NCBI RefSeq assembly: GCF_964355755.1
Contig: NC_092677.1
Span: forward strand, 6,780,101 to 6,844,100
Direction: 5' to 3'
Length of the DNA: 64,000 nucleotides
DNA from: Antedon mediterranea
Taxonomy: Eukaryota > Animalia > Echinodermata
The notes beneath the pieces were generated by a model. The model was not told the DNA's origin, ran no database searches, and saw nothing but the letters and a program-made list of their open reading frames with translations. Made by a program: the position numbers and the translations under genes. Shown one piece after another: positions 36,401 through 50,401 of the stretch (the stretch's first letter is position 1; each line of letters opens with the position of its first letter).

Positions 36401-38877
36401 GCCATTACACATCAGGTAGACTTATTATTTAATATGATTTGTCCAATTTTAAAATGAAACTATTTAATACAAATTATTAACAAAATGACAGATTGTCAAA
36501 AGCCAACTTAGTCACTATGTGAAGAGTTTTCTTTATCACCTCAGTAAGACCTAACTTTTACACTGAATTAAAAGAAGAAAATTGAAGCCTGAACCAAAAG
36601 AAGAAAATTGAAAACACTAATTTAGGACCCAAACAACTTCGAGAATACATCAGAAATGTATTTAGAATATTCTATCAAATATAATAATACTGTAATTGCA
36701 TAGTGGAAGGGCATCTTTTACATTGATTAGATGAGGTCTGATGGTGACATGGCTGACAAATATTTGCTTTTAGATTTCTTTGATAACATGGTTGTCTCAA
36801 AGTGTGTGGTATTGATTTAGAGGAAATCGAATGGGACTTTGGTGAGATGAGGACACTGGGTGGTCTCACTCACTTTTTGACATGGTTGACAGTTGTTTGC
36901 CATCAGTTTTTAAAAGATGTAATGGGAATTTGAGGTCTCATAGTCTTTGATGACATGGTTGATAGACAGTGGTTTTTTTTTCAGGAAATCACATGCGGTC
37001 CGTCCATTCCTCAGACAAGGTACGATTTAAGGTGTGATTGTATCAGAGCCTGTGTGTGTTTTAGCACAAATGTTGCTCTTTATTTATCTCCATAAAAGGA
37101 AGCAAAGAACTACAGTATCCTACAATGTATCAGTAGCAACCTGGGATAATAAACCTAATAGTAGTGGTGATCCATTAGGATGCGATCCAGAGGGGCGTCT
37201 AACTAGCATATTTCTGGATTACTGGTTGGTCATACAAGCACTTTACTACTATGAAACCTACAAGCACCCAGGGGTATTAATGATTACTGCTAAAAATTAA
37301 AAATATGAGGGGGTAGTTTCAATATTCTACAATAACATAATCATGTTTTGCAATAACAAAATGTTATCATTAGGAACAAAATATAAAATATTTTAATCTA
37401 CTATATAGTACATTTCGAGTAACATTTGTAAAATAGTTTTAGTTCGATACAATTTCCCTGTTCTTAATATTTTAATTCAAACTATCATTTTTGACGATGA
37501 CATTTTAAACTCTATTGTACGCTTAAAATTAATGGTGTGCTATACGCATCAATTTGCACAGAAATTTATCAAAAGTAGGGGTGGGCTTATACCTGGGGTG
37601 GGCTTATCAACAGAGGGTTGGCTTAAATTCGCGTCAGTTTGGTAATTACGTTTAAATAACGGCTTCAACATGATACCTCATATTAAACTTAAGTATAAAT
37701 CTGTAGTCATCATGTAAGCTTCTGTTGATTTCAGTTTTCATCCTTTATGATTTGCTTTGCAATATAACTACCGTACTCATCCAAAACAATAGTGGTGTAA
37801 TTAATTATCTCTGGATTTATTAATGGCTGAATGACAAAAACCTTGAAAGTGGACTTGGCGTGCAAAGTGAAAGTTTACTTTTAGTTTAATGCATTACATA
37901 ACTACTTCCTTAGATTTTCCATTCAGTCAAGTCGTTTAGGACAACAAAAGGAAGGATGCTTTTGCTATCTGCAATTGAGGAAATACTAACGGAAATGGTT
38001 GTAGCGGAAAGTTCGATTGGCCTCCTGGTTCCTAGCTTATCTACCCTCTAAGCCAATTTCTTATCAGTTGTCTTAAACTTGTTCACAAAAGCAGACACAC
38101 AAACCATTCCATCTGGTAATTTTACGTCCATCTACATGGATGGTACGATGTTCGGATTCTTATTCTAAAAAGTTCACAAATTCAAAGCACTTTTATCTGG
38201 AATTATATATTTAAATTACAAAAGGAGAAAAAAGGTAATTAGATATTTTGAATATATTCTTTTTTATTAATAACTTAATTTTTAGTTCTTTAGTTTATTA
38301 GATTTATAATCAAATCTTATGAAAGTAAACCGAAAAAAAGTAATCAAATAAGATGTTATATTATATAACATATATATATATTGCATAAATTTAGGAAGCT
38401 TTTACTTTTATATATATAAAATTTGTTTTACTTAAAAGTGGCACGGCTAATAAGCCGACATAAGCTTGGCCCCTTTTGCCACCCCTTTGGACAAAAGCTG
38501 TTTTTGCCGAAGTTAATATAAATAAACTATCTACTTTTTCTTTATTAATTCTGAACAAAAAATCTTAGTAACTTATTTACATTTCTATTTGGTTTGAAAA
38601 GTAATCACTGATCAATAGGCAAAAACTCTGATGGACGAAAGTTTTTATTATCTGCAAGATTTGATTATTAAAACATATTGAAGATATTTTTTAGCAACAA
38701 TGGCCGTATTCAGCAATCACAATTCAGTTGGATATTTCACATATACTCATATACTAAGTATTTATTTTAATAAGATTTTCCTTTTAAAACTGTATAATTA
38801 ATCTAAACAATATATTTGGAAACTTTCTTTTAAGCAAATTGAGCGAACTTTTTTTTTTTTTATCAACAGCCACTAGA

Positions 38878-39597
38878 ATGTACGAATTGAACCGGTTTAC
38901 AATTACCTTATCAGGATTGATATTACTGGCAAGTGTAAATCTGGTAAATACGAGTGACCCGACCTCCAAAAATGATAACGCAAATGAACAACACAATGCC
39001 ATGGATGCTGGATATTTTCTAATCGTACTTGTCCTGTGCATTGTAGTCATTCTTTTTGTATTAATCGCCATTACTGTTTATTGCTGCAAAGTCAGAAACG
39101 AATTCAACACGATAGACTTGCCATTTTCTCAGTCAGAAGAAACTTTTCGCATGTCCGTTAAAGAACATGAAAAGTCATGTTCATCAGCAATCGATATACC
39201 GGCACCGTTCCCGAAAGTTCATTCACAAAGCGTGCCAATACCTAAGGTACGCTCGCACAGTTGCAGCGATTTTGTACCGCATGATGAATCATTCAGACCA
39301 AGTTATAGACAACCAACAAAAAAACCAAATATCAACATTATTATTGGGGAAGAAACCAGGCATTGCTCTCCATTTCCTGTCCCTGATAAGATGTCACGGA
39401 GAAACACGGTAGGGAGCCGTCCCATGCGTAACGTTCGATTTGATACATTCCCGTGCCCGCAGAGGGTTTCAAAGAACCCATTCCAAAGGCAATTATCCCT
39501 ACCAGCTTCTGTACGTACGGAATTGAGAACCGAAGTGAGATCCCCCAGCAATCCATTCAAACAGAGCGATTATGTACAAAGTTGTCCGTTTACGTAA
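38878..39597 (+). CDS. Uncharacterised type I single-pass membrane protein, 239 aa, single coding exon
   Basis: Poly-T..caacag acceptor at 38869 then ATG 38878; signal-like MYELNRFTITLSGLILLASVNLVNT, about 20-aa ectodomain, TM GYFLIVLVLCIVVILFVLIAITVY-CC, long S/P/R-rich tail; AATAAA cluster near 39760. Confidence 0.75.
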   Translation: MYELNRFTITLSGLILLASVNLVNTSDPTSKNDNANEQHNAMDAGYFLIVLVLCIVVILFVLIAITVYCCKVRNEFNTIDLPFSQSEETFRMSVKEHEKSCSSAIDIPAPFPKVHSQSVPIPKVRSHSCSDFVPHDESFRPSYRQPTKKPNINIIIGEETRHCSPFPVPDKMSRRNTVGSRPMRNVRFDTFPCPQRVSKNPFQRQLSLPASVRTELRTEVRSPSNPFKQSDYVQSCPFT

Positions 39598-41037
39598 ATT
39601 ATACAATTACCAATTAAAAACTTCATGAAAACATTTGTTTGACAGAAGGATTATATAAAAACTTTATTCATGTACATTTGTAAACCTTAAAGAATCTATT
39701 CACAGAGCTATCGTCAGTGTTGTTTATCTTTTAAAAAATTACTAAATAAATTTTATGTAATAATAAATAAATAAATAATAATTTCTAGAGAGTATTGTTG
39801 AAGCATTCCAATTATATGTACATTGATGTAAAAAGTTTAGAATAAGTACTTTATTTAGTATATTAAAAAAAAAAAATAACACAATATTTATAAAATAATT
39901 AAATTTAAAGTACAACTAAAACTAAAAACAAATTGAGATAAATAATAGTATAGGATTTTAAAAAAATATTTATGTTTTTTTTATGATTCTAAGCAGTTGA
40001 AAGAAAGCGGTTTTAAAATACAAAAACTCGGTACTATAAAGTTTAACTAAAATTATATAACTCTCTCAAAGCCAAACTTCTATAGAAGTGGACTTTCCAT
40101 AAATTCTCATTTTCATAATTCAATATAAAAAGTGCTACAACAAAAATCTATTTCCAGGAGAGTTTCAGATTTTCTCTGTGTTTGGTTTGAGGAGGGTTTG
40201 AACTCATTTCTTATATTAATGTATCATTGTATTTTTATGGGAAACATACAAATACCATTAAAACTCTTTTATAAAAATCTTTAAATTGAAATGAATTTAA
40301 ATCAAAGAGCTCAGGATGAGGATATGATCTGCAAATAGGATAGCTACTTGAAAGTATCATTTTCTGCTATCTTATCAAAATCTATGGTATGATAACTGTG
40401 TTCCATATTTATCTAAGAGCAAATTCTTAACTAAATTTTCGTAGTGGTGTAGTTTAAAATCAACCTTTCCGCAAGAAAGAACACTGGTCAGCTCCAACCA
40501 ATAGAAATTAGTTACTAACAACTTCTATACAAAACAAACAATTGTGACATATAGATAAGATATAATATTCCTTTTTGAGATATTGTATGCGAAATATCTA
40601 TAAGGCTCTGAAAAACTATATTAGGGCGCTTACAATTTTGCAATGGACTATGAATTATGGCGTCATTTTGATTAATTATTAGCATACAGTACATTGAGAT
40701 TGATTTGGTCAGTTTGATCGAATTAGGTTCGGGTGATTACCATGAAATTTGTCACTGACCGACATGCCAATTTTTTGGGTATGGTCATCATAAAAAAAAA
40801 GGGAGATCAATTTTACTGAGCTGGACGACAACGTAATGTACACGCAAATTAAAAGCTCTCTATTTAGTCATAAAGGTACACATATTCCATTCTTTTGTTT
40901 TCTACTATGATTATTTATTGTTTATGAGTATGTGAATGGAAATAAAGAAACAGAAAGAATATATACAATCTCTATGAAAATCTAACGATATCTGGTTTAA
41001 CAATCATTTGGCCTCAATTATTTATGGATATTTTTAG

Positions 41038-41073
41038 CAGGGAGTTGTTATTAGATCTAATAACAACTCCCTG
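41038..41073. mobile_element. 36-bp perfect palindrome flanked by a 7-bp direct repeat (minimal TIR-only element)
   Basis: TTTTTAG|CAGGGAGTTGTTATTAGATCTAATAACAACTCCCTG|TTTTTAG. Confidence 0.75.
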
Positions 41074-41189
41074 TTTTTAGTAATAATCTCTAAAAATAAA
41101 AATCATATTTAGATGAATTCTGTTGAGTAACAATGTATATGAATGTATGTAATAATGTATACTTTAATAAAAATCTATTGTTCTATTTA

Positions 41190-41362
41190 TTGAACATATG
41201 ATGAATAGTAAACAATATTCTTGAATAATTGTTTAGTCAGTAAATAAGATTATACCATTCATTAATTGTTTATAAATTGAACATATGATGAATAGTAAAC
41301 AATATTCTTTAATAATTGTTTAGTCAGTAAATAAGATTATACCATTCATTAATTGTTTATAA
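41190..41362. repeat. Tandem duplication of about 86 bp
   Basis: TTGAACATATGATGAATAGTAAACAATATTC...GTTTATAAA occurs twice with one substitution. Confidence 0.9.
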
Positions 41363-42308
41363 AATAATAAAAGGGAAATAAAAATAAATATTGTATATCA
41401 ATAATTTAAATTGGATATGTATGTGCGTTCTCGTGGTATTCTTGATGCTTGTTTGTGATTGTGTGTTTACTTGTCAACCTAGATATCAGGAATCAGATAT
41501 CACTGTTTATTTTTACTTTATAGAATTGTCAAAGATATATGAACAAGTAAAACAATTCTGTCATCCAGTAAGATTAAATTCAAATAAACTGATGTTTTGG
41601 AACTATATACTGTAGTCATCCAGGACTATTAGGTGTTTCTAGAAGGTGTACAGTATGGTCATACAAAAAATATGGATTCATGTGAAAGTCTAAACAATTT
41701 TTTCAAATCATTTTTCTGAACTAATTTCTATCTCTTCCTGCTAGGCTTACTACACAATGAGAAAGTTGATGTCGCCTTCAGGTGCAATTTAAACATGTTC
41801 GATATTTAAAGTTTTTAATTACTATATAAGAAATACTTTGTTTCTAAAATTATGAATGAACTCCAGACATGGATAGTCTTCTCAATCTTCCGGCAACAAG
41901 GCCAAGCAGCCTTGCTTCCGTTCTGTTCCTACAAGCCTTCGTCAACTAGTCTTCAACCTCCTAATCCTACTGGATTCTGAATACCCTACCATCTGTTGAG
42001 ACGAGTTATTAAAATATCTACAAAAAAACCTGTGCATTATTCGTAGATTTAAGCGGTTTAAAACTAAGAAAAAGTGATATACAAAAGAAGCGGCTTAAAA
42101 TAATATAAGCTACAAGATTAAATTCTTTAAAATGCCAAAAAACTTTAGGGTGGGTGTAATACCCTAGGGAGATACCCGCTACCAGTATGGTGGACCAAAT
42201 AGGGACTACTTTCATTTATTTATAGAAAAGGAATATTACATATGGTTGAAAGCATGCAGATAAGTTGGCCTTATTTAATATCTAACTACTCAAATGTTCA
42301 CTAATTCA

Positions 42309-42378
42309 GGCCTTGTATTTTAAGGCGAGCGAGAGTGATCACTCACCGAACACACTCCTAAAGTGTGCGATTTACAAC
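42309..42378 (+). repeat. Short dispersed repeat (second copy at about 53455-53527)
   Basis: GGYCTTGTMTTTTAAGGCGAGCGAG.G.GATCACTCACC.AACAC...TGCGATTTACAACA at both sites. Confidence 0.7.
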
Positions 42379-42379
42379 A

Positions 42380-43810
42380 CAGGGGTATCTCTAAGATATT
42401 TATATTCCTGGGATAAGGGATCCCTGGGATAAGGACATCCCCGAGATAGGGGTATCCCTGGGATAAGGATATTCCTAGATAAGGATATTCCTGGGATAAG
42501 GACATTCCTGGGATAGGGGTATCCCTGGGATAAGGACATTCCTGGGATAAGGATATTCCTAAGATAAGGATATTCCTGGAATAGGGGGTATCCCTTGGAT
42601 AAGGATATTCCTGGGATAGGGGTATCCCTGGGATAAGGACATTCCTGGGATAAGGATATTCCTAAGATAAGGATATTCCTGGAATAGGGGGTATCCCTTG
42701 GATAAGGATATTCCTGGGATAGGGGTATCCCTGGGATAAGGATATTCCTGAGACTGAGGTAACCCTGGGATAAGGATATTCCTGGGATAGGGATATCCCT
42801 GGGATAAGGATATTCTTGAGATGGGGAAACCCCTTGAATAAGGACATTCCTGGGATAGGGGTATCCAAGGGATAAGGACAATCCTGGGATAGGGGTATCC
42901 CTGGGATAAGGACATTCCTGGGATAGGGGTATCCTTGGGATAAGGACAATCCTGGGATAGGGGTATCCCTGGGATAAGGACATTCCTGGGATAGGGGTAT
43001 CCCTGGGATAAGGACATTCCTGGGATAGGGGTATCCTTGGGATAAGGACATTCCTGGGATAGGGGTATCCAAGGGATAAGGACAATCCTGGGATAGGGGT
43101 ATCCCTGGGATAAGGACATTCCTGGGATAGGGGTATCCATGGGATAAGGACATTCCTGGGATAGGGGTATCCCTGGGATAAGGACATTCCTGGGATAGGG
43201 GCATCCCTGGGATAAGGATATTCCTGGGATAGGGGCATCCCTGGGATAAGGATATTCGTGAGATTGAGGTATCCCTGGGATAAGGATATTCCTGGGATAG
43301 GGGTATCCCTGGGATAGGGGTATTCCCAGGATAGGGGTATCCCTGGGATAGGGGTATTCCTGGGATAGGGGTATCCCTGGGATAAGGATATTCCTGAGAT
43401 AGGGAAACCCCTTGAATAAGGACATTCCCGGAATAGGGGTATCCCTGGGATAAGGATATATTCCTGGGATAAGGATATATTCCTGGGATAGGGGTATCTG
43501 GGATAAGGATATTCTTGAGATGGGGAACCCCTTGAATAAGGACATTCCTGGGATACGGGTATCCCTGGGATAGGGGTATCTCTGGAATAAGGACATTCCT
43601 GGGATAGGGGAACCCCTTGAATAGGGAAATTCCTGGGATAGGGGTATCCTTGGGATAAGGACATTCCTGAGATAGGGGAATCTCAGGATAAGGACATTCC
43701 TGGGATAGAGGTATCTCTGAGATAAGGACATTCCTGGGATAGGGGTATCTCTGGGATAAGGATATTCCTGGGATAGGGGTATCTTTGGGATAAGGACATT
43801 CCTGGGACAC
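42380..43810. repeat. G-rich minisatellite, 17-bp subunits arranged as 34-bp dimers
   Basis: (GGGGTATCCCTGGGATA AGGACATTCCTGGGATA)n over about 1.4 kb; explains the three overlapping 390-430 aa ORFs. Confidence 0.95.
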
Positions 43811-44019
43811 TGAAGTGTTGAAACAGTTCTCCATGTTTAGTTCCACAGGATATTGATGCATTAATGGGTGTCTTAAACTTTTTTAAAAAACAAAATCAAA
43901 AGTTCCAATTAAGAATGAATACCAACTGTTCAGATGTCCTATATATATTTTCTATACAAGATTGAATTTGAATATCGTTAATATTATGTTAATTTGTTTG
44001 TATATTATTATGTGGTCTA

Positions 44020-45120
44020 TCGCCAACTAAAAACCACACTTCTACATTTGAAGGTGTTATTTTAAAGAGAAGAACGACGATGCTTTCAAAATGGCATATA
44101 AACACATAGTTTTCAAATTTAAAATGTTTCATTTTACATTTTCTATATGACTATGTGTATGTTCAACCTTGTATTATGTTGATTAAACACGACTCGTGTT
44201 AACCGAAAAAAACGTTATTACTGACCTCAACAGCGGTTATTTCTGCACGAAGCATGAAGAATCGCATCCAAAATGGTGTTGATAAATACAAATATAGTCG
44301 TCATTCATATATTAAAAGATACATTTTATACCAAAGTATCTTAAATAGCAATAGAACTACGTGTTACTGTTATTCTAATTGATTTGGTGTTACTGTTATG
44401 CGAAAACAATATTTACTACATCTAAAGACGTTTCACGTTTCTTGAATGTTTACACATTAAAAAATGGCGTCTATAGGGTTTTTGTTAATAATTTTTATAT
44501 ATCATTGTTATTTAAAATATAAATCGCTAAAATATTATCTGTGCTCTTAACCTTGGGTACATTATATTGATTAAACACAACTCTCCCGTCGACTAAAAAC
44601 TATAATATTGACCTCGATTATTTTTGCACATGATGACTTCACGGTATGAATGTTTCTTAAATGGCGTTGACGAATACGAATAGGAATTTATTTCACTACA
44701 TTTACCAAAAAATCTTTCTGTATTCTTGCGCGATAATACTATGAAATCATGTATGCTTTTCTGGTTTTGGCTTTTCAATCGTATTTATTATTCATTGCTA
44801 AATTCATTTATTTTTCTGGTTGACGTTCACAATTAGAATAAGACTTTATTTGAATTTAACTGCCAACTAAAAATTGTTGTAGGCTAATTGTAGGCCAACT
44901 CACGCTTTAAACTTAGTGTTGATACAGCTCTTTTAAGCAATACAAACAAAATATATTTTTAGAAAATATGGCTGAAATAACTATTCGTCTCGTATCCTTG
45001 AGTCTATATGTTTGTATTAGTGACTCTCTAAAGCAATATTAATGACCTCGAAAGCGATTATTTCCGCATATGAACCACAAGAATAAAAGCGCTTTTATAA
45101 AATGGCAACCAACGGTTATC
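44020..45120. repeat. Ancient tandem repeat, about 400-bp period, about 3 copies
   Basis: TGACCTC....GRTTATTT.YGCA.....AAATGGCR block recurs near 44220, 44610 and 45045. Confidence 0.45.
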
Positions 45121-48100
45121 TATTTCTATTCCCGAATGCAACAGTTTTAGTAAATATATTAAGATAAATAAAAATATCGAAATTTCAGCTGAAAACATAC
45201 ACAATTTTAGTAATTAAAATTGTCAAAGTTTAACAATCAAGCCAAATTTCACAACTCCACTATTATAATAAAAAAACTAAAGATCTTGTAAAGAAAGAGT
45301 AAGATCAATTTTTATAAAGCATACATTTATAGTTAGGGAACATGTAAGTTTATTCTACTGCTGCAGGTAATGCAGTAACACATTATACATAATACTGCAA
45401 TACATGATTTTCGTTTGTTTCAATGAAGAGGGTTATAAGGCAGTCACTACACGTATGATTTAGCAGAAAAATCTTATTAAATAATTGCATAAACAGATTA
45501 TGGAGTAAACAAGAATTAGTTACTGCAGTAACTGCAGTAGATTAATTCAGAAACGGTTCCTTATAATGTACACCATAACAGTGTACATTTGAAAGATTGA
45601 ATTTTATTGAAAAATACTGTATATTTTTATATTTTTATATATTTAAAACCTAATACATTTCACCAAATACATAGCTATTTAAAATTCCATTAGACACTCC
45701 TTTGAATCGTAAATGTAAATTATTTGCGTCACGTGTAAGGTCAACTCGTTACGGCTTCACGAGTCGAATCGCATGAGCATTCTAGCCGAAAAGAATCTTA
45801 CATACACGTACAATACATGCTTCGGTTTTACTAACATTTTCATAATTATATTTCAATATGGGTGCCTGTTTTCCCCTGCCTTTTCTTTGTTTAGTTGAAA
45901 CACTGTAGTTTTTATAATATAACAACTAATTTGTTCATGTCTTTGTTTAAAAGTAATCTGAAACCACCTGTTGAAATATCAATGGGGACAGTTATTTTTT
46001 GGGTGTTTTTTAAATGTTATAAAGCAAGGTTAAGTTTTGGGTTTGCCAACCAGATGACCGTTAAATCGGCAATCACAAAAACAGAATATTTCTAATAAGG
46101 AAAAAATTGTCCTGAATAATACACCTAAAACACCAGAAAGTTGGGCATGTTTGGACATCTCAAAGGGGCTCCTATAAAAGGTGACTATAGACGAAAACGG
46201 ATTTTATCCTGTAGAACACTAGAGAATAATGAATCATTAATAATTAAAAGCAAATATTTAATTTTTTTTTACAAATGCATGCGCATTATACAGCGGTTAT
46301 TGACTTGCACAATTTCAAATGTACCCAAATCGTTCTTACGTTTTTTAATGCTGCAGCGTCACTGGGGTACGTTTACGAGTCTCAGTGGCATCACGCCCTT
46401 ATTCATTTTGTGCTGGTCAGAAAAATGTGAAGGTCATTTGATTTTTGCACTACCGGTCCCACTAGATCATAACTTTCCCAAGAAAATAATTTTTTAATCC
46501 ATTTTTTCAATTGCCAAAACCTGCTGATCTTAAAAAATTACAATCTAGCATTTCTCGTAGCTTCTATATCCGCAGGATCAATCACCAGAGGCATTGCAGA
46601 TGTTACTTTGAATTAAAATATAAACACGTTTTACGTGACCTTCAACAGCTTTTTAATAATGTAACGTAACGTTTTTTGGGTGTACAGATTGGTGAATTTT
46701 GAAAAAAACTTAATTAAATAGTTGCAATTAATACTGTGTAAATTAAATTGCTCATATCCACAAAAAAATGTGGTTTTAAATCAACTTCACAAATACATAA
46801 ATGTAAGATACGTAAATATAACAATACCATAAAACGACATATTTCTTAAAAGTTATCGTTTAAAAAATATAAACGTATGGATCGACATCATCAAATAGTT
46901 TCATTACTATGGCAATCATACGTTTATCACTCGCACAAATACGCCCCTATTCTAAAAAATGAAAAATACCCGAAATGCAAAACGTATAGAAACCGTATTG
47001 AATTTCACAAACGTAGCAACACATTCAGAAAAATTCCAATGGTAATATTTTTTTAAGAATTTCTGCGAAAAGTTTGTTATGTAATATAATTTACTATTAA
47101 ATAAAAGAAATTCAAAATGTTTACTACTAGAAAAAACAAATCACTAAAAAACAATAACGTTCATGGTCAAACCCCGCTTGTGTCACGTTTCAAATTCAAA
47201 TTAGGCAGAAAAAAATTCAATCGCATAAAAAAACAAATTATACAGCTGTGACGAAAAGAACTCATTGGAACAGTAAACGAGCTCGCATATATTTTACGAG
47301 ATTTTGTTTCATAAAACTTATCTTCATTCTATGACTATCGGTTTTGAAATAACTAATGTTTTAAAACGATAATAAGTTTTAAAATGGTACCACATGTTGG
47401 TCAAATATAACTCATTTTCTGTCAAATTTTCGTGGGGATGGAGGGCATATAAGCTTCATCTTTTTGTTCAAACTGTTATTTGCGGTAATTAAATTTAGAC
47501 ATACAATACTGGCGGTCTATGATCAACTGGATATTTTCCATCCAGGGGCGCCGTTACGTGTCAACAATTCACTTATACTTCGAACCTTTCTAACTGTAAT
47601 TACATAATGCAGACAGACGTTTTCTCAAAGGCCACAAAATGTTCACGTTTTATACAGCAAAGTGTAGAATACATATAACAAAATGGCTGCCGATTAACTT
47701 GCGAAATAAAGAGAATATTCATTTAAAAGGTTTTTATTTTTCTGTTATGCTTAAGCAAAAGAAGTAATACTTGTTGCATGTATTAGAGTTATGTAAAAAT
47801 GTGTAAGAAAAATTGTTCGCAAATTTCTCAGAAGGTACCATTCCCATGACAACCAATACCGAAAAATGTTTTCTTTTACTAAATCATTTTAAATAAAGTA
47901 GGTTATGACATTTCACAACATATATTTTCGACAAAAGTGAAAAGTAGTCATTCTAAATTCTTAATATTGTAAATATAAAAATATTACTGGTAATCATCAA
48001 TTAATAATTATCAATTATAAAATTTAGATAAGCATCACTAAAATCATGTTATTATATCCTGTTAAAAGATTTTAAAAATATATATATATATATATATATA

Positions 48101-49685
48101 ATATTGATATGACGGAACTGTAATATTTTTCCTAATTTTACGTAGATCGCCACTTCGCAGATAAAATATCGCCATTATAAAACGGCAGATAGATATTTTA
48201 AATATATTTGCTTCATACAACAGCAAATAGCTATTTGTAGTTGGCTCACATAGCGAGTATGATGAAAGTATTTAACATTATGTAGGCAAGTAACTTGAGG
48301 TCACAACATTAGTAACTTGATTTACTGTAACGACACAGCTCTAGAAGAACAAAATGGCTACTTCGCGCCGTGTAACAAATTCACATTTTTACTACTTTCA
48401 ATAGAAAACGTATCTGTGAGTTACAGTGTAATTTTAAATGAGATATCCAACATTGTTTTCTACCAGCTACTTGTGTTGATCGTAAAAAGCATCGGATTCA
48501 TAACATTTTAAACATAAAAGTTTTTGTTTTTTTTTTAAATATAAGAACATAAACGACAAAACGATTATAGCAGACGGACTCTAAAACTTATAATTTAACA
48601 TTATTTTACACTCGGCCGTGACCGTGTACATATACTAAAAATAATAATTAGTTAATTATGTTTAAACAATCTATTTTGTAGCATAATGATAAACCCTCAA
48701 TTTATTCACAAATTAAAAAATGATTTTTTGCGATTTTATTAGTACGGTCTATTTTTTTTTTTAATGTAAGGTCATCACATATTTCTAGGCCTGAATAATG
48801 AGTAAATTAAATTATCAAACATTAAAATGTTTCCATTGTTACATAATTAAATCTAAATGTATTATCGCTATTTACACAGAACAATTTTCAAAATGCTAAA
48901 CAATGTTAACATTCAAATTAAATTTTTGTTATATATATATATAGATATATATATCTATAGTAATAATTTTTAGATACTGTACTTAAAAATGTAAATTTTT
49001 TTTAAGAACAGGTGAAAATGAACTCAATATTAGATTATCATTCGATTTACATGCTTGTGAAAAGAAAACTATTTGTACGTACTTTAAATAAACCGAATTA
49101 CTACATATGTATATATATATGCGCTTCAAGTATATTTCATTAAATTTATGGATTTTTACTTCAAACCATAGGTTTCTTATCGAAATATGCGAAAATGTTC
49201 CAAATTAAATTACCACGGAAATGATCATTTTCCAGCGAGCATGAATATAATGAGACACGATGCCATGATGCAGAATACGTTTAAGGTCAATGCTAATTAC
49301 GTGATTCACTGCCGTACAAAAAGGCAAGAAAATGGCTTCTAACCAACCTTCGAAGTGTATAAAATTAAATATAACACATTAAGTTTTGCAAATACAATGA
49401 GGCTAATTTGAAACATTCTTATGAGGTCACATAAAGTACACCAACATTACAATGTTACCGCAGTCATTGCAAAACCTTCTGGTCTCAAAATTTGATTTTT
49501 CGCCGCAAAATCGTATTTCAAAATTAGATTTTGAATCCCAGTAGACAATGTTAAATATTGAGTTTATAGCGTGAATGTCGCTGAAGAATATATATAAATA
49601 TAAACTCACATTGTTTATGAATAAAATATGCAAGATTGCTAATTACAAACATAGCGTTTTAAGTGTAACATTAAACAATTAAAAC

Positions 49686-49762
49686 ATAATAATAATAATA
49701 ATATACCACATTTATATAGCGGCCTTTTCATGAAAAAAAATGCTGAAAGGCGCTTTACATAG
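49686..49762 (-). mobile_element. L2-type LINE/SINE 3' tail fragment
   Basis: Minus strand GTAAAGCGCC...GCTATATAAAT..(ATT)n. Confidence 0.6.
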
Positions 49763-50401
49763 ATACATAAAAAAAAATACATAGATATATTAAAGTATGA
49801 ATACAGTTTAAAATAAATCTATTTAAAAAGGCAGTTAAATTTATATTCAGTTTCATTATTAAAAATTTGGCATAGAAAGAGAGATTTCTCAATATTTGTA
49901 TGTATATCAAACACTTATTTCTTTTAATCATTTACAGTATTTACGTATGTTATATATACATAATCGTATAATCCTACATACGTGAATACAATTATTATTG
50001 GTTTTGTTACAACTAGATTATGTATTTCATTGCATAGATAAGTTTCAAATAAATCTGATCTGAATAACTTCAATGAACCTGGAGAATACTTGCTACACAC
50101 GTTAAAACTGTCCTATTGCAGTTACTGCAGTAACTTTTGTAATTGTAACAGTTTTTTAGCTCTGAAATTATTTTTTGGGTAACAATACACATTTTATTGT
50201 GACATTGGACAATAAAAGTTTTTTAAATTAAATTTTTTAATTTGCAATTATACATTTTTTTAAGTACCTTCAGGAGAATTTTGACATGATCTTTCACGAA
50301 AGTTACTTACAATTATTCTACTGCAATTACTGCAGTAACTAGATTTTTTTTACAGCAATAACATATGATTTCAGTTTATGAGGCACCGTCAAAAACAGCT
50401 A

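Noticed and set aside
38784-39560. Antisense and alternate-frame ORFs over the membrane-protein gene
   Set aside because: Shadow ORFs of the coding strand.
42320-43861. 390-430 aa ORFs on the minus strand
   Set aside because: All three frames are open because the 17-bp repeat lacks stops; repeat artefact.
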